Made by a program: the position numbers and the translations under genes. Below are positions 25,904 to 38,362 of a stretch of DNA of 64,000 bases, piece by piece; the stretch's first letter is position 1; each line of letters starts with the position of its first letter. The notes below the pieces were generated by a model. It was not told where the DNA came from. It saw only the letters and a program-made list of their open reading frames with translations, and did no database searches. Origin of the DNA: Heterodontus francisci (taxonomy: Eukaryota); assembly GCF_036365525.1 (NCBI RefSeq), contig NC_090375.1:28718602-28782601 (forward strand). The letters run 5' to 3'.

Positions 25904-26930
25904 GCACAACCTCGTCTTCCTATGGCTTCCATGATGGAAAACTGAGTACTAGGATTTCTTTCTCCATTGAGACAGTTTATTTTACCTGACGCACTTCAAT
26001 GCCTAAATACTGTTCTTCCATTTGAAGGCGTCGGTACGATTTTTCCACTTTGAACTCCCTCCAGTCAACGTCAGACATGGAACAAGTAGCATCTACTGCA
26101 CAACAGTAACAGCACTTTATTATGATGGAAGATTTTATCCGGCACGCACTGTAAAAATGTACATAGTTAGCCAAGTATATTCAAGCTAATGTCGTCTGTG
26201 ACATTCTCCTCCCAATGTCTATGTACTTCAGGTAACTCCAAAGGGTATTTTTAATTGGTAAATTGAACTGGTCTTTGTATATTTCAGTCAAGAATTTCAA
26301 TGTGCAAGATCTAGAGTTGTAAAGATGAATTATTGCTAACAAGTAGAAAGAAGCTACTGTCTTCCATAATAAGTAACACCAGTAAAAAGTAATGAAGGTA
26401 TTTTTGGAAATACTGCTTCACATTTTATTTTTTCTTACATGGATACAAGTAATTATTTGTATCATTTCTATAAAAATTAACAACATTTCTGCTGTGGGTT
26501 TTGTGTGGCACTTGTTTATCAGTTACTTTGTTAAAAATCTAGGTGTAGGTTCTACATTATTTATATGCCAAACCACCAGATACATTTTTACTGATCTGTT
26601 CTTAACTTTTGGCACCATTAATTTTTGTATGTGCTTAATGTGATTTCTAAAATCATATTTTTGAAAAGTGCATTTGGGCAATTATGTAACTAAATCATTA
26701 TAATGTTGTTTAAATATTTCCTGATTTATATGCGTTGTTTGTTTGTTGCTCCCTCTTAATAATTTCTAGAGAAATCACAAAGGCTTCCAATCAAATCAAG
26801 GTACTTGATAATTTTCTTAAATTACAAATGATATTCTGTAATTGTGCCTATGTGCCAGTGAGCACATTATTCAAATCATATCCTAATATTTAATTTAGTG
26901 TAAGGCTATTACAAATCATTTGAACACCTG
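25904..26930 (+). other. APCDD1: Probable APCDD1 3' UTR (end not defined)
   Basis: AT-rich, TE-free sequence directly after the stop codon, running to the next CR1 fragment. No unambiguous poly(A) signal identified. Confidence 0.5.
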
Positions 26931-26935
26931 GTGAT

Positions 26936-27325
26936 GAGAACATAAGACATAGGAGCAGGTGTAGGCCATTTGGCCCTTCGAGACTGCTTCGCCATTCATT
27001 AAGATCATGACTGATTTTCTACCTCACTACACCTTCCTACAATATTCCCATATCCCTTAATTCCCTTAGTATTCAAAACTCTACCGATCTCTGTCTTGAA
27101 TATACTCAATGACTGAACATCCACAGCTCTCTGGGATAGACAGTTGTAAAGATTCAAAACCCTTTGAGCAAAGGGTGTCTCCTCATCTCGATCGTAAATG
27201 GCCAATCTCTTATTCTGAGACTGTGATCCCTAGTTCTAGACTCCACAGCCAGGGGAAACCTCCTCCCAACATTTACCTTGCCAAGCTCCTTAAGAATTTT
27301 GAGATTCTAATGGGATCACCTCTCA
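26936..27325 (-). mobile_element. CR1 3' fragment
   Basis: FAQRVLNLYNCLSQRAVDVQSLSIFKTEIGRVLNTKGIKGYG plus reverse-complement CR1 tail. Confidence 0.85.
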
Positions 27326-27464
27326 TAAACAATTTGAAAATAGCAACCTAATTTTTTTCAAGAAAATTGCATCAGAAAAAAGTTGATGTCATGGAAAGTT
27401 AGCAATTACATTCTACACTGCCTTAATGATTTCAGCATTATCGCAACAAAATACCAAATAATGG

Positions 27465-29045
27465 AATAAAAACAGAAAAGGCTGGAAATACTCAGTGGGT
27501 CAGGCAGCATCTGTGGAGAAAGAAACAGAGTTAACGCTTCAGGTCTGTGACCTGTCATCAGAATTGGGAAAAGTTAGAACTGTAATAGGCTTTGAGCAAG
27601 TGAAAGGGGTGAGAGTGGGAAGAACAACAAAGAGAAAGTATGTAATGGGATGGAGGGTAGGAGAGATTAAATGTCAAAAGGTTTCATGGTACAAGGCCAA
27701 AGGCAGTGGTAATGGGACAAGTAAAAAAGCAAAAGATTTGTCTAGAGGAGGTGTGAATGGTAAAATGCTGAGTAGCTGCCATCTGAAAACAAAGTAAAGG
27801 AAATAAGAGAGAAGCAAGAAAAAACTAAACCAGCAAAGAAAAATGAAACAAAATGGAGGCAGAGTTTATTATCTAAAATTACTGAACCCATTGTTGAGTC
27901 CAGAAGGCTGTAAAGTGCCCAGTCCAAAGATGAGGTGCTGCTCCTCAGGCTTGTGTTGAGTTTCATTGGAACAGGCAGCAGGAAAAGGGCAGAAAGGTAA
28001 GTGCCATTAAAATGACAGGCAACTGGTAGCTCGGGGTTACGCTTGAAGACTGAACAGAGGTGTTCTGCAAAGCAGTCACCCAGTCTGCGTTTGGTCCCCC
28101 AATGTAGAGGAGACCACATCGTTAGCAGTGAATACAGTATAGTAAATTGAAAGTACAAATAAATTGCTGTTTCACCTGGAAGGAGTGTTTGGGGCCCTGG
28201 ACAGTGAAAAAGGACAAATGTTGCATCTCCTGCACTTGCATGGAAAGGTGCTGTAGGAAAGGGACGGGGCATTGGGGATGACTGAGGAATGGACCAGAGT
28301 ATTGAGGATGGACAGTCCTTTTGGCATGTTAAAATGAGAGGGGAGGGGAAGATGTGTTTGGTGCATGGTAGCGTCACGATGGAGGTGATGAAAATGGTGG
28401 AGGATGATCCATTGAATACAGAAGCTGGTGGGGTGGAAGATGAGGACAAGGGGAACCCTATCATGGTTCTGGAGGGAGGGGAAGAGGTGGGAGCAGAAAT
28501 AGAATGGATATGGTCGAGGGCCTCGTTATCCACAGTGTGAGAATCCTCGGTTGAGTAAAAAGGAAAACACATTAGAAGCGCTAGTACGAAAGGTTCAATT
28601 GTTGTAACAGATGCAACGGAGATGGAGAAATTGGGAGAATGGAATAGAGTCCATACAGGATGTGGATGTGAGGAAGTGTAGTCAAGGTAGCTGTGGGAAT
28701 CAGAGGAATTATAGTGAATATGGGTTAATTGTCTTCATTTCAGGGGATAGGTTGAGAAGTGAAGGAAGGGAAGGGAAGAGTCAGAGATAGACCATGTGAA
28801 GGTAGAGAAGAATGGAAATTGGAAGCAAAGTCGATGAAATATTTCAGGTCAGGTCGGGAGTAGAAAATGGTACCGATACAATCATCAATGTACTGGAAAA
28901 AGAGGTGAGGGAGGGGGCCTGAGCAGGACCGGAACAAAGAACGTTCTTCATACCCCACAAAAAGGCAGGCATGGTTAGGACCCTCGTGGGTATCCATAGC
29001 AACACCCTATGTTTAGAGGAAGTGAGTGGAGCTGAAGGAGATGTA
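27465..29045 (-). mobile_element. Degraded Penelope-like element (RT, GIY-YIG endonuclease and terminal repeat)
   Basis: RT remnant MDTHEGPNHACLFVGYEERSLF...FFQYIDDCIG; PCKCRRCNICPF; GIY-YIG C-terminus TKRRLGDCFAEHLCSV...PVACHFN. The terminus holds a degenerate hammerhead at ~27528-27565. Confidence 0.85.
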
Positions 29046-29239
29046 CTTGTTATCAGCTATCTAAGTCTTTAGAAGAAGTACTAGCTGATGTAGATTTGCA
29101 GATTCCTATCTTAAGTTACACTGAATAAAGTTGAACTTGCAAGATTAAATCACAGCTCACTTTCATATCTAAACTAGGAGCTAAGGGAAAACAATTGTGT
29201 TGTTGACATGCTGTGACAAAATACAAAACTCAGTTATTA

Positions 29240-31439
29240 CCGTCCGTTGTGTTGTGTGGCACTATCACCGTGCTAAATGGGATAGATTTCGAACAGATCT
29301 AGCAATGCAAAACTGGGCATCCATGAGGCACTGTGGGCCATCAGCAGCAGCAGAATTGTACTCAACCACAATCTGTAACCTCATGGCCAGGCATATTCCC
29401 CCACTCTACCATTACCATTAAGCCAGGAGACCAACCCTGGGTCAATGAAGAGTGCAGGAGGGCATGCCAGGAGCAGCACCAGGCATACCTCAAAATGAGG
29501 TGTCAACCTGGTGAAGCTACAACACAGGACTATCTACGTGCCAAACTGCATAAGCAGCATGCGATAGACAGAGCTAAACGATCCCATAACAAACGGATCA
29601 GATCGAAGCTCTGCAGTCCTGCCACATCCAGCCGTGAATGGTGGCGGACAATTCAACAACTAACTGGAGGAAGTGGCTCCACAAATATCCCCATCCTCAA
29701 TGATGGGGGAGCCCAGCACATCAGCGCGAAAGATAAGGCTGAAGCATTTGCAACAATCTTCAGCCAGAAGTGCCGAGTTGATGATCCATCTTAGCCTCCT
29801 CCTGAAGTCCCCAGCATCACAGATGCCAGACTTCAGCCAATTCGATTCACTCCGTGTGATATCAAGAAACGACTGAAGGCACTAGATACTGTAAAAGCTA
29901 TGGACCCTGACAATATTCCGGCAATAGTACTGAAGACCTGTGCTCCAGAACTTGCCGCACCCCCAGCCAAGCTGTTCCAATACAGCTACAACACTGGCAT
30001 CTACCCGGCAATGTGGAAAATTGCCCAGGTATGTCCTGTACATAAAAAGCAGGACAAGTCCAACCCGGCCAATTACCGCCCCATCAGCCTACTCAAAATC
30101 ATCAGTAAAGTGATGGAAGGTGTCATCAACAGTGCCATTAAGTGGCAGTTGCTTAGCAATAACCTGCTCAGTGACGCTCAGTTTGGGTTCTGCCAGGGCC
30201 ACTCAGCTCCTGACCTCATTACAGCCTTGGTTCAAACGTGGACAAAAGAGCTGAACTCAAGAGGTGAGGTGAGAGTGACTGCCCTAGACATCAAGGCAGC
30301 ATTTGACCGAGTATGGCATCAAGGAGCCCTAGCAATACTGAGGTCAATGGGAATCAGGGGGAACACCCTCCGCTGGCTGGAGTCATACCTAGCACAAAGG
30401 AAGATGGTTGTGGTTGTTGGAGGTAAATCATCTGAGCTCCAGGACATCACTGCAGGAGTTCCTCAGGGTAGTGTCCCAGGCCCAACCATCTTCAGCTGCT
30501 TCATCAATGATCTTTCTTCAATCATAAGGTCAGAAGTGGGGATGTTCGCTGATGATTGCACATTGTTCAGCGCCATTCATGACTCCTCAGATATTGAAGC
30601 AGTCCGTGTAGAAATGCAGCAAGACCTGGACAATATCCAAGCTTGGGCTGATAAGTGGCAAGTAACATTCGCGCCACACAAGTGCCAGGACATGACCATC
30701 TCCAACAAGAGAGAATCTAACCATCTCCCCCTGACATTCAACAGCATTACCATCGCTGAATCCCCCACTAGCAACATTCTAGGGGCTACCATTGACCAGA
30801 AACTGAACTGGAGTAGCCATATAAATACCATGGCTACAAGAGCAGGTCAGAGGCTAGGAATCCTGAGGCGAGTAACTCACCTCCTGACTCCCCAAAGCCT
30901 GTCCACCATCTACAAGGCACAAGTCAGGAGTGTGATGGAATACTCTCCATTTGCCTGGATGGATGCAGCTCCAACAACACTCAAGAAGCTCAACACCATC
31001 CAGGACAAAGCAGCCCGCTTGATTGGCACCTCATCTACAAACATTCATTCCCTCCACCACCGATGCACAGTGGCAGCAGTGTGTACCATCTACAAGATGC
31101 ACTGCAGCAATGCACCAAGGCTCCTCAGACAGCACCTTCCAAACCTGCGACCTCTACCAACTAGAAGGACAAGGGCAGCAAATACATGGGAACATCACCA
31201 CCTGCAAGTTCCCCTCCAAGTCGCACACCATCCTGACTTGGAAATATATCACCGTTCCTTCACTGTTGCTGGGTCAAAATCCTGGAACTCTCTTCCTAAC
31301 AGCACTGTGGGTGTACCTACCCCAAATGGACTGCAGCGGTTCAAGAAGGCAGTTCACCACCACCTTCTCAAGGGCAATTAGGGATGGGCAATAAATGCTG
31401 TCCCGGCCAGCGTCGCCCACATGAATGAACAAAAAAAAA
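29240..31439 (+). mobile_element. Young 5'-truncated family-B LINE (CR1/L2 group) with near-intact RT
   Basis: 493-aa ORF 29900..31381 with NYRPISLL, QFGF, ALDIKAAFDRVWH, GVPQGSV, FADD; upstream ORF2 part has stops. AATAAA and poly(A). TSD GTTATTA at 29233-29239 and 31440-31446. Confidence 0.93.
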
Positions 31440-32289
31440 GTTATTATAATTCAATTCAACTTTTTTTTAATAAAGGAGCTGAACAAAATCTGCTTACAAT
31501 GGGAAACATATTATTAGAATAAACCAAAGCGCCAATGATGAAATGGCCTATGTCGATTATGTTATTGACACTGTTAGGACTGAGGAATGTTACCTAGGAT
31601 ACAGACGTCAGAGCTAAGCAATGTTAGCTTCATATATCGGAATTTTATGCTCAATTACTTTCGTGAGTCAGAGAGAAATTGTCACTGTTTTACTTCTTGG
31701 AAGTATTATTTGGAAGTATCACATCCACCGATGGATTGAAGTAAATTCGGGGCAGTGGGAATATATAAATACTTATATAAGGCATTTATATATATATATA
31801 TATATACAAAACATTTACAAACACACACAGTAGATTGACTAACATTGACTAACTAGTCTGTGGCATTGCACAAGACGGGAAGGTAATTTTGACTTTGTGA
31901 AGTAATGTAAAATGGGGGATAACGAATTGGCAGCTTCAAGTTCTCCTGACTTTTGTTTCAGTTGGCTAGAATGCAAATAAAAATTGGGAGAGATGTAGAA
32001 CAGCTGCCAATTCACTGTCACCCATTTTACACTATTGCACAAATTCAAAACCACCACTGTCATGACTAAGTGCAGTCTTCAGATGAAGCAGCATTAGAGG
32101 ACAGGGGGTAGCTGGCCTAGGATATGCAAACCTATCTCAGTCCCCAATTTTATATCTGTACATTCTGTCTTTTTCTAATTTCCACGATCAAGAACTATGT
32201 TGATGTCTATAATAGAAATGGATGTAAATTTGTCATGTTGTAATTACACCCCCCCCCTACTGCTGGCCAGAGGGGAGGGGGAAGTGCAA

Positions 32290-32715
32290 TAAGAAAGAAC
32301 GAACTTGGATTTACATAGTGCCTTTCGTGACCTCAGAACATCCCAAAGTGCTTTAGAGCCAATTAAGTACTTTTGAAGTGTAGTCACTGTTGTAATAAAG
32401 ATATAGCAACAACCAATTTGCACACAGCAAGCTCCCACAAACAGCAATGTGATAATGGTTAGATGGACTGTTTGTGGTGGCCGAGTGATAAATATTGGCC
32501 AGGACACCAGGGAGAACTCTCCCGTTCTTCTTTGAAATAGTGCCATGAGACCATTTGCATCTACCTGATAGGGAAGACCTATGACTCCAGGAGGCTTTGG
32601 TTTAATGTCTCATCCAAAAAGCAGCACTTCTGACAGTGCAACACTCCCTCAGTACTGCAGTGAAGTGCTCAAATATATGGGGAGTGCCTGCCATCTACTA
32701 AGCCAAGACTGACAC
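32290..32715 (-). mobile_element. Deu-domain SINE (SacSINE1-like), second copy
   Basis: Reverse complement of 12876-13308 (aaatattggccaggacacc, tgccatg, tttaatgtctcatcc, cactccctcagtactgca). Confidence 0.8.
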
Positions 32716-33511
32716 CCTAAACACAGCCTGAGAAGCTTCACTTTAATGGTTTCCATTATAAATGTGGACACAGAAATTTAAAATGGAAAAATGTAATAGT
32801 AAATATGCATAGACCTAATATTGTTATTATTTTATTAATCAATCACCCGTAGCATGGTACACTGGGGTCAAGACTAACTTTAGTCTTCGGATGCTGTGGG
32901 CTTAAGAGGCCAGAGGGTATTTGGACCAGACATAATTCAGTCCCTATTTTAAAGTCATACATTTTGTACTTACCATTGTAAATTCCTTATATGCACATTT
33001 AAAATGGAAAAATGCCTATGCAAACATATCACACTATAATTACACCCGTCTGGCAGTTTAATTGGATCATTTAACTACATTTTAAAGTTATTCATTAGTA
33101 GTTTGAGGGGACTAAGGAAAAGTATTGAGCTAAGGCAGTTTTCCAATGTAAGAAATGGGGGAAAAAAATGAACAGGATTTCAATCCAGGCTGGTGGTGTA
33201 CACTTGTGAGTTTTCCGATTGATGGGAGGATGGCTGGGAAAAACTCCGAGACAAAGCGCACTGAGGTACAAAACCAGACAGAAATTTTGAACACTCATAT
33301 CTATTAAATAGTCATGAAGCCCCACCAATTGCTTCCAATAAGAATAACATTTCTGACAAAATGGAGAAGAAGCTGGCGAAGGTGCCAGCCAGTTCGTACA
33401 ACTTTTAACAAGTCTGATCTCTCTCCCTGTCACCTTGGATTCTAGTTTGGACTCAGGTTCCACATGAAAGTAATAACTCTGAGCTGGACCCTCAGTCAGA
33501 GCCAACCTGCC

Positions 33512-34525
33512 TTCTTCTTAGGCAGCCCCTCGGGAACGAGGATGACTTTCTTCCACACCAGGGTTGTGGGGCCTTAGATGACTGAATAGTCTAATTCTGG
33601 ATCTGCACACTTTGCCACAGATGGGGCAGGTGGTGTGTGGGAGGCGAGTGAATGGGATGCTCAAATTTCCAAACACTCCTTCCGCTGTTTGCACTTGGTC
33701 GCTGCCTAGACAGGTCGACGTTCTTCGAACTGGCTGGCACCATCGCGGATGCTTCTTCTCCATTTTGGGCAGTCTCGGGCAAGAGATTCCCACGAATCAC
33801 ATTTTTTCAGGGAGGCTTTAAGGACATCCTTGTAGCGTTTCCTCTGCCCTCCAGGTAGCCTCTTGCTGTGACGGAGTTCGGAGTAGAAAGCTTGTTTTGG
33901 GAGTCTTATGTCAGGCATGCAGCCGATGTGGCCCAACCAGCGTAACTGACTAACCATGACCAGTGTCTCGATACTGGGAATGTTGGCCTGAGAGAGGACA
34001 ATGATATTGGAGCACCTGTCCTGCTACTGAATTTGCAGGATCTTGCGGAGGCACCGCTGCTGTTATCTCTCCAGGGCTTTGAGATGTCTGCTATACAGTG
34101 TTCGTGTTTCTGATGCATACAGGAGGGCAGGTAACACTGCGGCCCTGTAGACCATGAACTGGGTGCCAGGTTTGAGGTCTTTGTCGTCAAACACTCTTTT
34201 CCTCAGATGACCGAAGGCTGCATTGACACACTGGAGGCGATGCTGAGTTTCATCCTGGATGTCTGCCTTGCTGAGAGGAGGCTCCCAAGGTATGAGAAGT
34301 GATCCACATTGTCCAGTGGTTCACTGTGGATCTTAATAGTCGGGGGTGGGGGTGGGGGGCAGTGTTGTGCTGTGGGAGTAGGCTGGTAGAGGACCTTTGT
34401 CTTAAAGGTGTTTAGCTTAAGGCCCATTCTTTCATACACCTCCGTGAATGCATCGAGGGTTTGAAGCTCAGCCTCTGAGAGTGCACATAAGCAAGCATCG
34501 TCAGCATACTGCAGCTTGATGACGC
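33512..34525 (-). mobile_element. RTE (BovB-like) LINE 3' fragment
   Basis: QYADDA; MGLKLNTFKTKVL; FSYLGS; QLRWLGHIGCMPDIRLPKQAFYSEL...GGQRKRYKDVLK; terminal C2H2-like CPICGKVCRSRIRLFSHLRPH. Confidence 0.9.
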
Positions 34526-35639
34526 TTGCACTTCACACATCAAAACTGGCAGATGTATGCTGATCCATAGGAACATAGGAGCAGGCGTAGGCCATTCAAC
34601 CCATTGATCCTACTCTCCCATTCAATTAGGTCACAGCTAATCACCTACCTCAACCTGCTCTATCCCCATATCCTTTGACGTCATTAGTATCCAGATATCC
34701 AACTATTTCTGAGTTGAACATGCTCAATGATTGAGCATCCACAGCCCTCTGGAGTAGAAAATTCCAAAGATTCACCACCCTCTGAGTGAAGAAATTCCTC
34801 CTTATATCAGTCTTAAACAGCCTACCCCTTATTCTGACACTGTATCCCCTGGTTCTAGACTCACCAGCCAGAGGAAACATCCTTCCTGAATCTACCCTGT
34901 CACGCCCTGCAAGAATTTTGTAAATTTCAATGAGATCAGCTCTCATTCTTCGAAACTATAGAGAATACAGGCCCAGTTTCTGCAATCTCTCCGCATTGGA
35001 CAATCCCACCATCCCAGGGATTAGTCTGGCGAACCTTCATTGCACTCCCTCTGTGCCAAGTACATCCTCCCTTAGATGAGGAGACCAAAACTGTACACAG
35101 GTGTGGTTTCACCAAGGCTCTATACAACTGCAGCAAGACTTCTTTACTCCTGTGCTCAAAACCCCTTCCGATGAAGGCCAACATTCAATTTTCCCTCTTA
35201 ATCTCTTGCTGCACCTTCATGTTAGCTTTTAGTGACTCATGAACAAGGACACCCAGGTCCCTTTGGACATCAACACTTCTCAACCTCTCACCATTTAAGA
35301 AATATTCTGCCTTTCTGCTTTTACTACCAAAGTGGATAACTTCACACTTATTCACATTTTATTCCATCTGCCATGTTCTTGCCCATTCACTTAGTCTGTC
35401 CAAATCCCCTTGAAGGCTCCTTGCATCCTCCTCACAACTTACATTCCCTCCTAGTTTTGTGTCAGCAGCAAATTTGGAAATATTACATTTGGTCCCACAT
35501 CCAAATCATTTATATAGATTGTGAACAGCTGTGGTCCCAGCACTGATCCTTGTGGTATTCCATCAGTAACAGCCTGCCATCCTGAGAATGTCCCGTTTAT
35601 TCCTTTCTTTTATTTGTTTCTGCGATTTGCACCAAATAG

Positions 35640-37872
35640 CTAGGCCAGTATTTATTGCATGTCTCTAATTGTCCTTGAGAAGGTGGTGGTGACCTGCTTT
35701 CTTGAACAGCTGAAGTTCTTAGAATGTAGGTACACCCACAGTGCTGTTAGGGAGGGAGTTCCAGGATTTTGCAACAGTGAAGGAACGGCAATATAGTTCC
35801 AAGTCAGGATGGTGTGTGGCTTGGAGGGAATCTTGCAGGTGCTGGTGTTCCCATGTAACTGCTGCCCTTGTCCTTCTAGGTGGTAGAGGTCACTGGTTTG
35901 GAAGGTGCTGTTGAAGTAGCCTTGGTGTGTTGCTACAGTGCATCTTGTAGATGGTACACACTGTTGCCACTGTGCGTCGGTGGTGGAGGGAGTGAATGTT
36001 TGTGGATGGGGTGCCAATCAAGCAGGCTGCTTTGTCCTGGATGGTGTCAAGCCTCTTGAGTGCTGTTGGAGCTGCACCCACCCAGGCAAGTGGAGAGTAT
36101 TCCATCACACTCCTGACTTGTGCCTTGTAGATGGTGGACAGGCATTGGGAAGACAGGAGTTGAGTTACTCACCTCAGAATTCCTAATCTTTGACCTGCTC
36201 TTGTAGCCATAGCATTTATGTAGCTGGTCCAGTTCAGTTTCTGGTCAATGGTAACCCCCAGGATGTTGATAGTGGGGGAGTACTGAAGACCTGTGCTCCA
36301 GAACTGGCGTGCCCCGAGCCAAGCTGTTCCAGTACAGCTACAACACTGGTATCAACCCGGCAATGTGGAAAATTGCCCAGGTGTGTCCTGTACACAAAAA
36401 GCAGGACAAGTCCAACCCGACCAATTATCACCCCATCAGTCCACTCTCAATCGACAGTGCTATCAAGCAGCATTTGCTTAGCAATAACCTGCACAGTGAC
36501 GCTCAGTTTGGGTTCCACCATGGCCGCTCAGCTCCTGACCTCATTATAGCCTTGGTTCAAACATGGACAAAAGAGCTGAACTCAAGAGGTCAGGTGATAG
36601 ACATTAAGGCAGCATTAGACCAAGTATGGCATCAAGGAGTCCTAACAAAACTGGAGTCAATGGGAATCAGGGGGAAACTCTCCACTGGTTGGAGTCATAC
36701 CTAGCGCAAAGGAAGATGGTTGTGGTTGTTGGAGGTCAATCATCACAGCTCCAGGACATCACTGCAGGAATTCCTCAGGGTAGTGTCCTAGGCCCAACCA
36801 TCTTCAGCTGCTTCATCAATAACCTTCCCTCCACCATAAGGTCAGAAGTGGGGATGTTCACTGATGATTGCACAATGTTCAGCACCATTTGCGACTCCTC
36901 AGATACTGAAGCAGTCCATGTAGAAATGCAGCAAGACCTGGACAATATCCAGACTTGGGCTGATATTTGCACCTCACAAGTGCCAGGCAATGACCATCTC
37001 CAACAAGAGAGAATCTAACCATCTCCCCTTGACATTCAATGGCATTACCATTGCTGAATCCCCCACTATCAACATTCTAGGGGCTACCATTGACCAGAAA
37101 CTGAACTGAAGTAGACCATATAAATACTGTGGCTATGAGAGCAGGTCAGAGGCTAGGAATCCTGTGGCGAGTAACTCACCTCCTGACTCCCCAAAGCCTG
37201 TCCACCATCTACAAGGCACAAGTCTCCATTTGCCTGGAAGGTGCAGCTCCAACAACACTCAAGAAGCTCGACACCATCCAGCCCGCTTGATTGACAGCTG
37301 ATTCACAAACATTCACTTCCTCCACCACCGATGCACAGTGGCAGCAGTGTGTACTATCTACAAGGTGCACTGCAGCAATTCACCAAGGCTCCTTAGACAG
37401 CACCTTCCAAACCCGTGACCTCCACCACCTAGAAGGACAAGGGCAGCAGATGCTTGGGAACACCAATACCTGCAAGTTCCCCTCCAAGCCACACACCATC
37501 CTGACTTGGAACTATATCACCGTTCCTTCACTGTCGCTGGGTCAAAATCCTGGAACTCGCTTCCTAACAGCACTTTGGGGGTACCTACCCCACATGGACT
37601 GCAGCGGTTCAAGAAGGCAGTTCACCACCACCTTCTCAAGGGCAATTAGAAACAGACAATAAATGCTGGCCTAGCCAGAGATGCCCACATCCCAGGAACA
37701 ATTTTTTTTTAAAATCACGATGGTAATGCCATTGAACATCAAGTGTAGATGTTTAGATTCTCTCTTGTTTGAGATGGGCATTGCCTGGCACTTGTGTGGT
37801 GCGAATGTTACTTGTCACTTATCAGCCCAAGCTTGAATGTTGTCCAGGGTTTTGCTGTATCTGGATTTGGGC
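35640..37872 (-). mobile_element. Family-B LINE 3' part (35640-36277 and 37715-37872), split by a same-family copy
   Basis: MEYSPLAWVGAAPTALKRLDTIQDKAACLIG...; the sequence resumes seamlessly at 37715 (gatggtaatgccattgaa). Confidence 0.85.
36278..37700 (+). mobile_element. Family-B LINE (RT to 3' end), inserted antisense into its own family member
   Basis: KTCAPELA...[18 protein letters not shown]...FTDD...; 3' tail aagggcaattag...caataaatgctggcc. Confidence 0.88.
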
Positions 37873-38143
37873 TACTCTCTGTTTTCTGTCTGTTAAGCAA
37901 TTCTCAATCCATACCAGTATATTACCCCCCGTCCCAAGTGCTCTAATTTTGTTTACTAACCTCCTGTGTGGGACCTTACCAGAAGCCTTCTGAAAATCCA
38001 CATCCACTGGTTCTCCTTTTCTGTACTACAGGAAACATCCTCAAAAAACTCCAACAAGTTTGCCAAACATGATTTCCCTTTCATAAATTCATGTTGACTC
38101 TGCCCAATCATATCCTTATTTTCCAAGTGTCTCTTCCCAACCA

Positions 38144-38362
38144 GGAGAGAGTCGGGAGCAACGGCGGATCTGGGAGGAACCTACCGGGGAGAGAATAAAT
38201 CCAGACCCAGGCTCAGGGCCTTCCACTTACCCGGACAGAGTCGGGAGCAGCGGTGGACCTGTGAGGAACTTACAGGGGACAGAAAAAATCCAGACCCAGG
38301 CTCGGGGCCTTCCACTTGCCTGGAGAGAGTTGGGAGCAGCAGCGGCGGACCTGCGAGGAACC
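38144..38362 (+). repeat. 89-bp tandem monomers (x2.5) at the CR1 5' end
   Basis: gga[g/c]agagt[c/t]gggagca recurs at 38144, 38233 and 38322; aatccagacccaggctc..ggccttccactt is repeated. Confidence 0.85.

Noticed and set aside
31023-31394. Overlapping alternative-frame ORF (~120 aa) open in four family-B copies
   Set aside because: No ATG start and no recognisable domain; young copies simply inherit a stop-free frame from the consensus.
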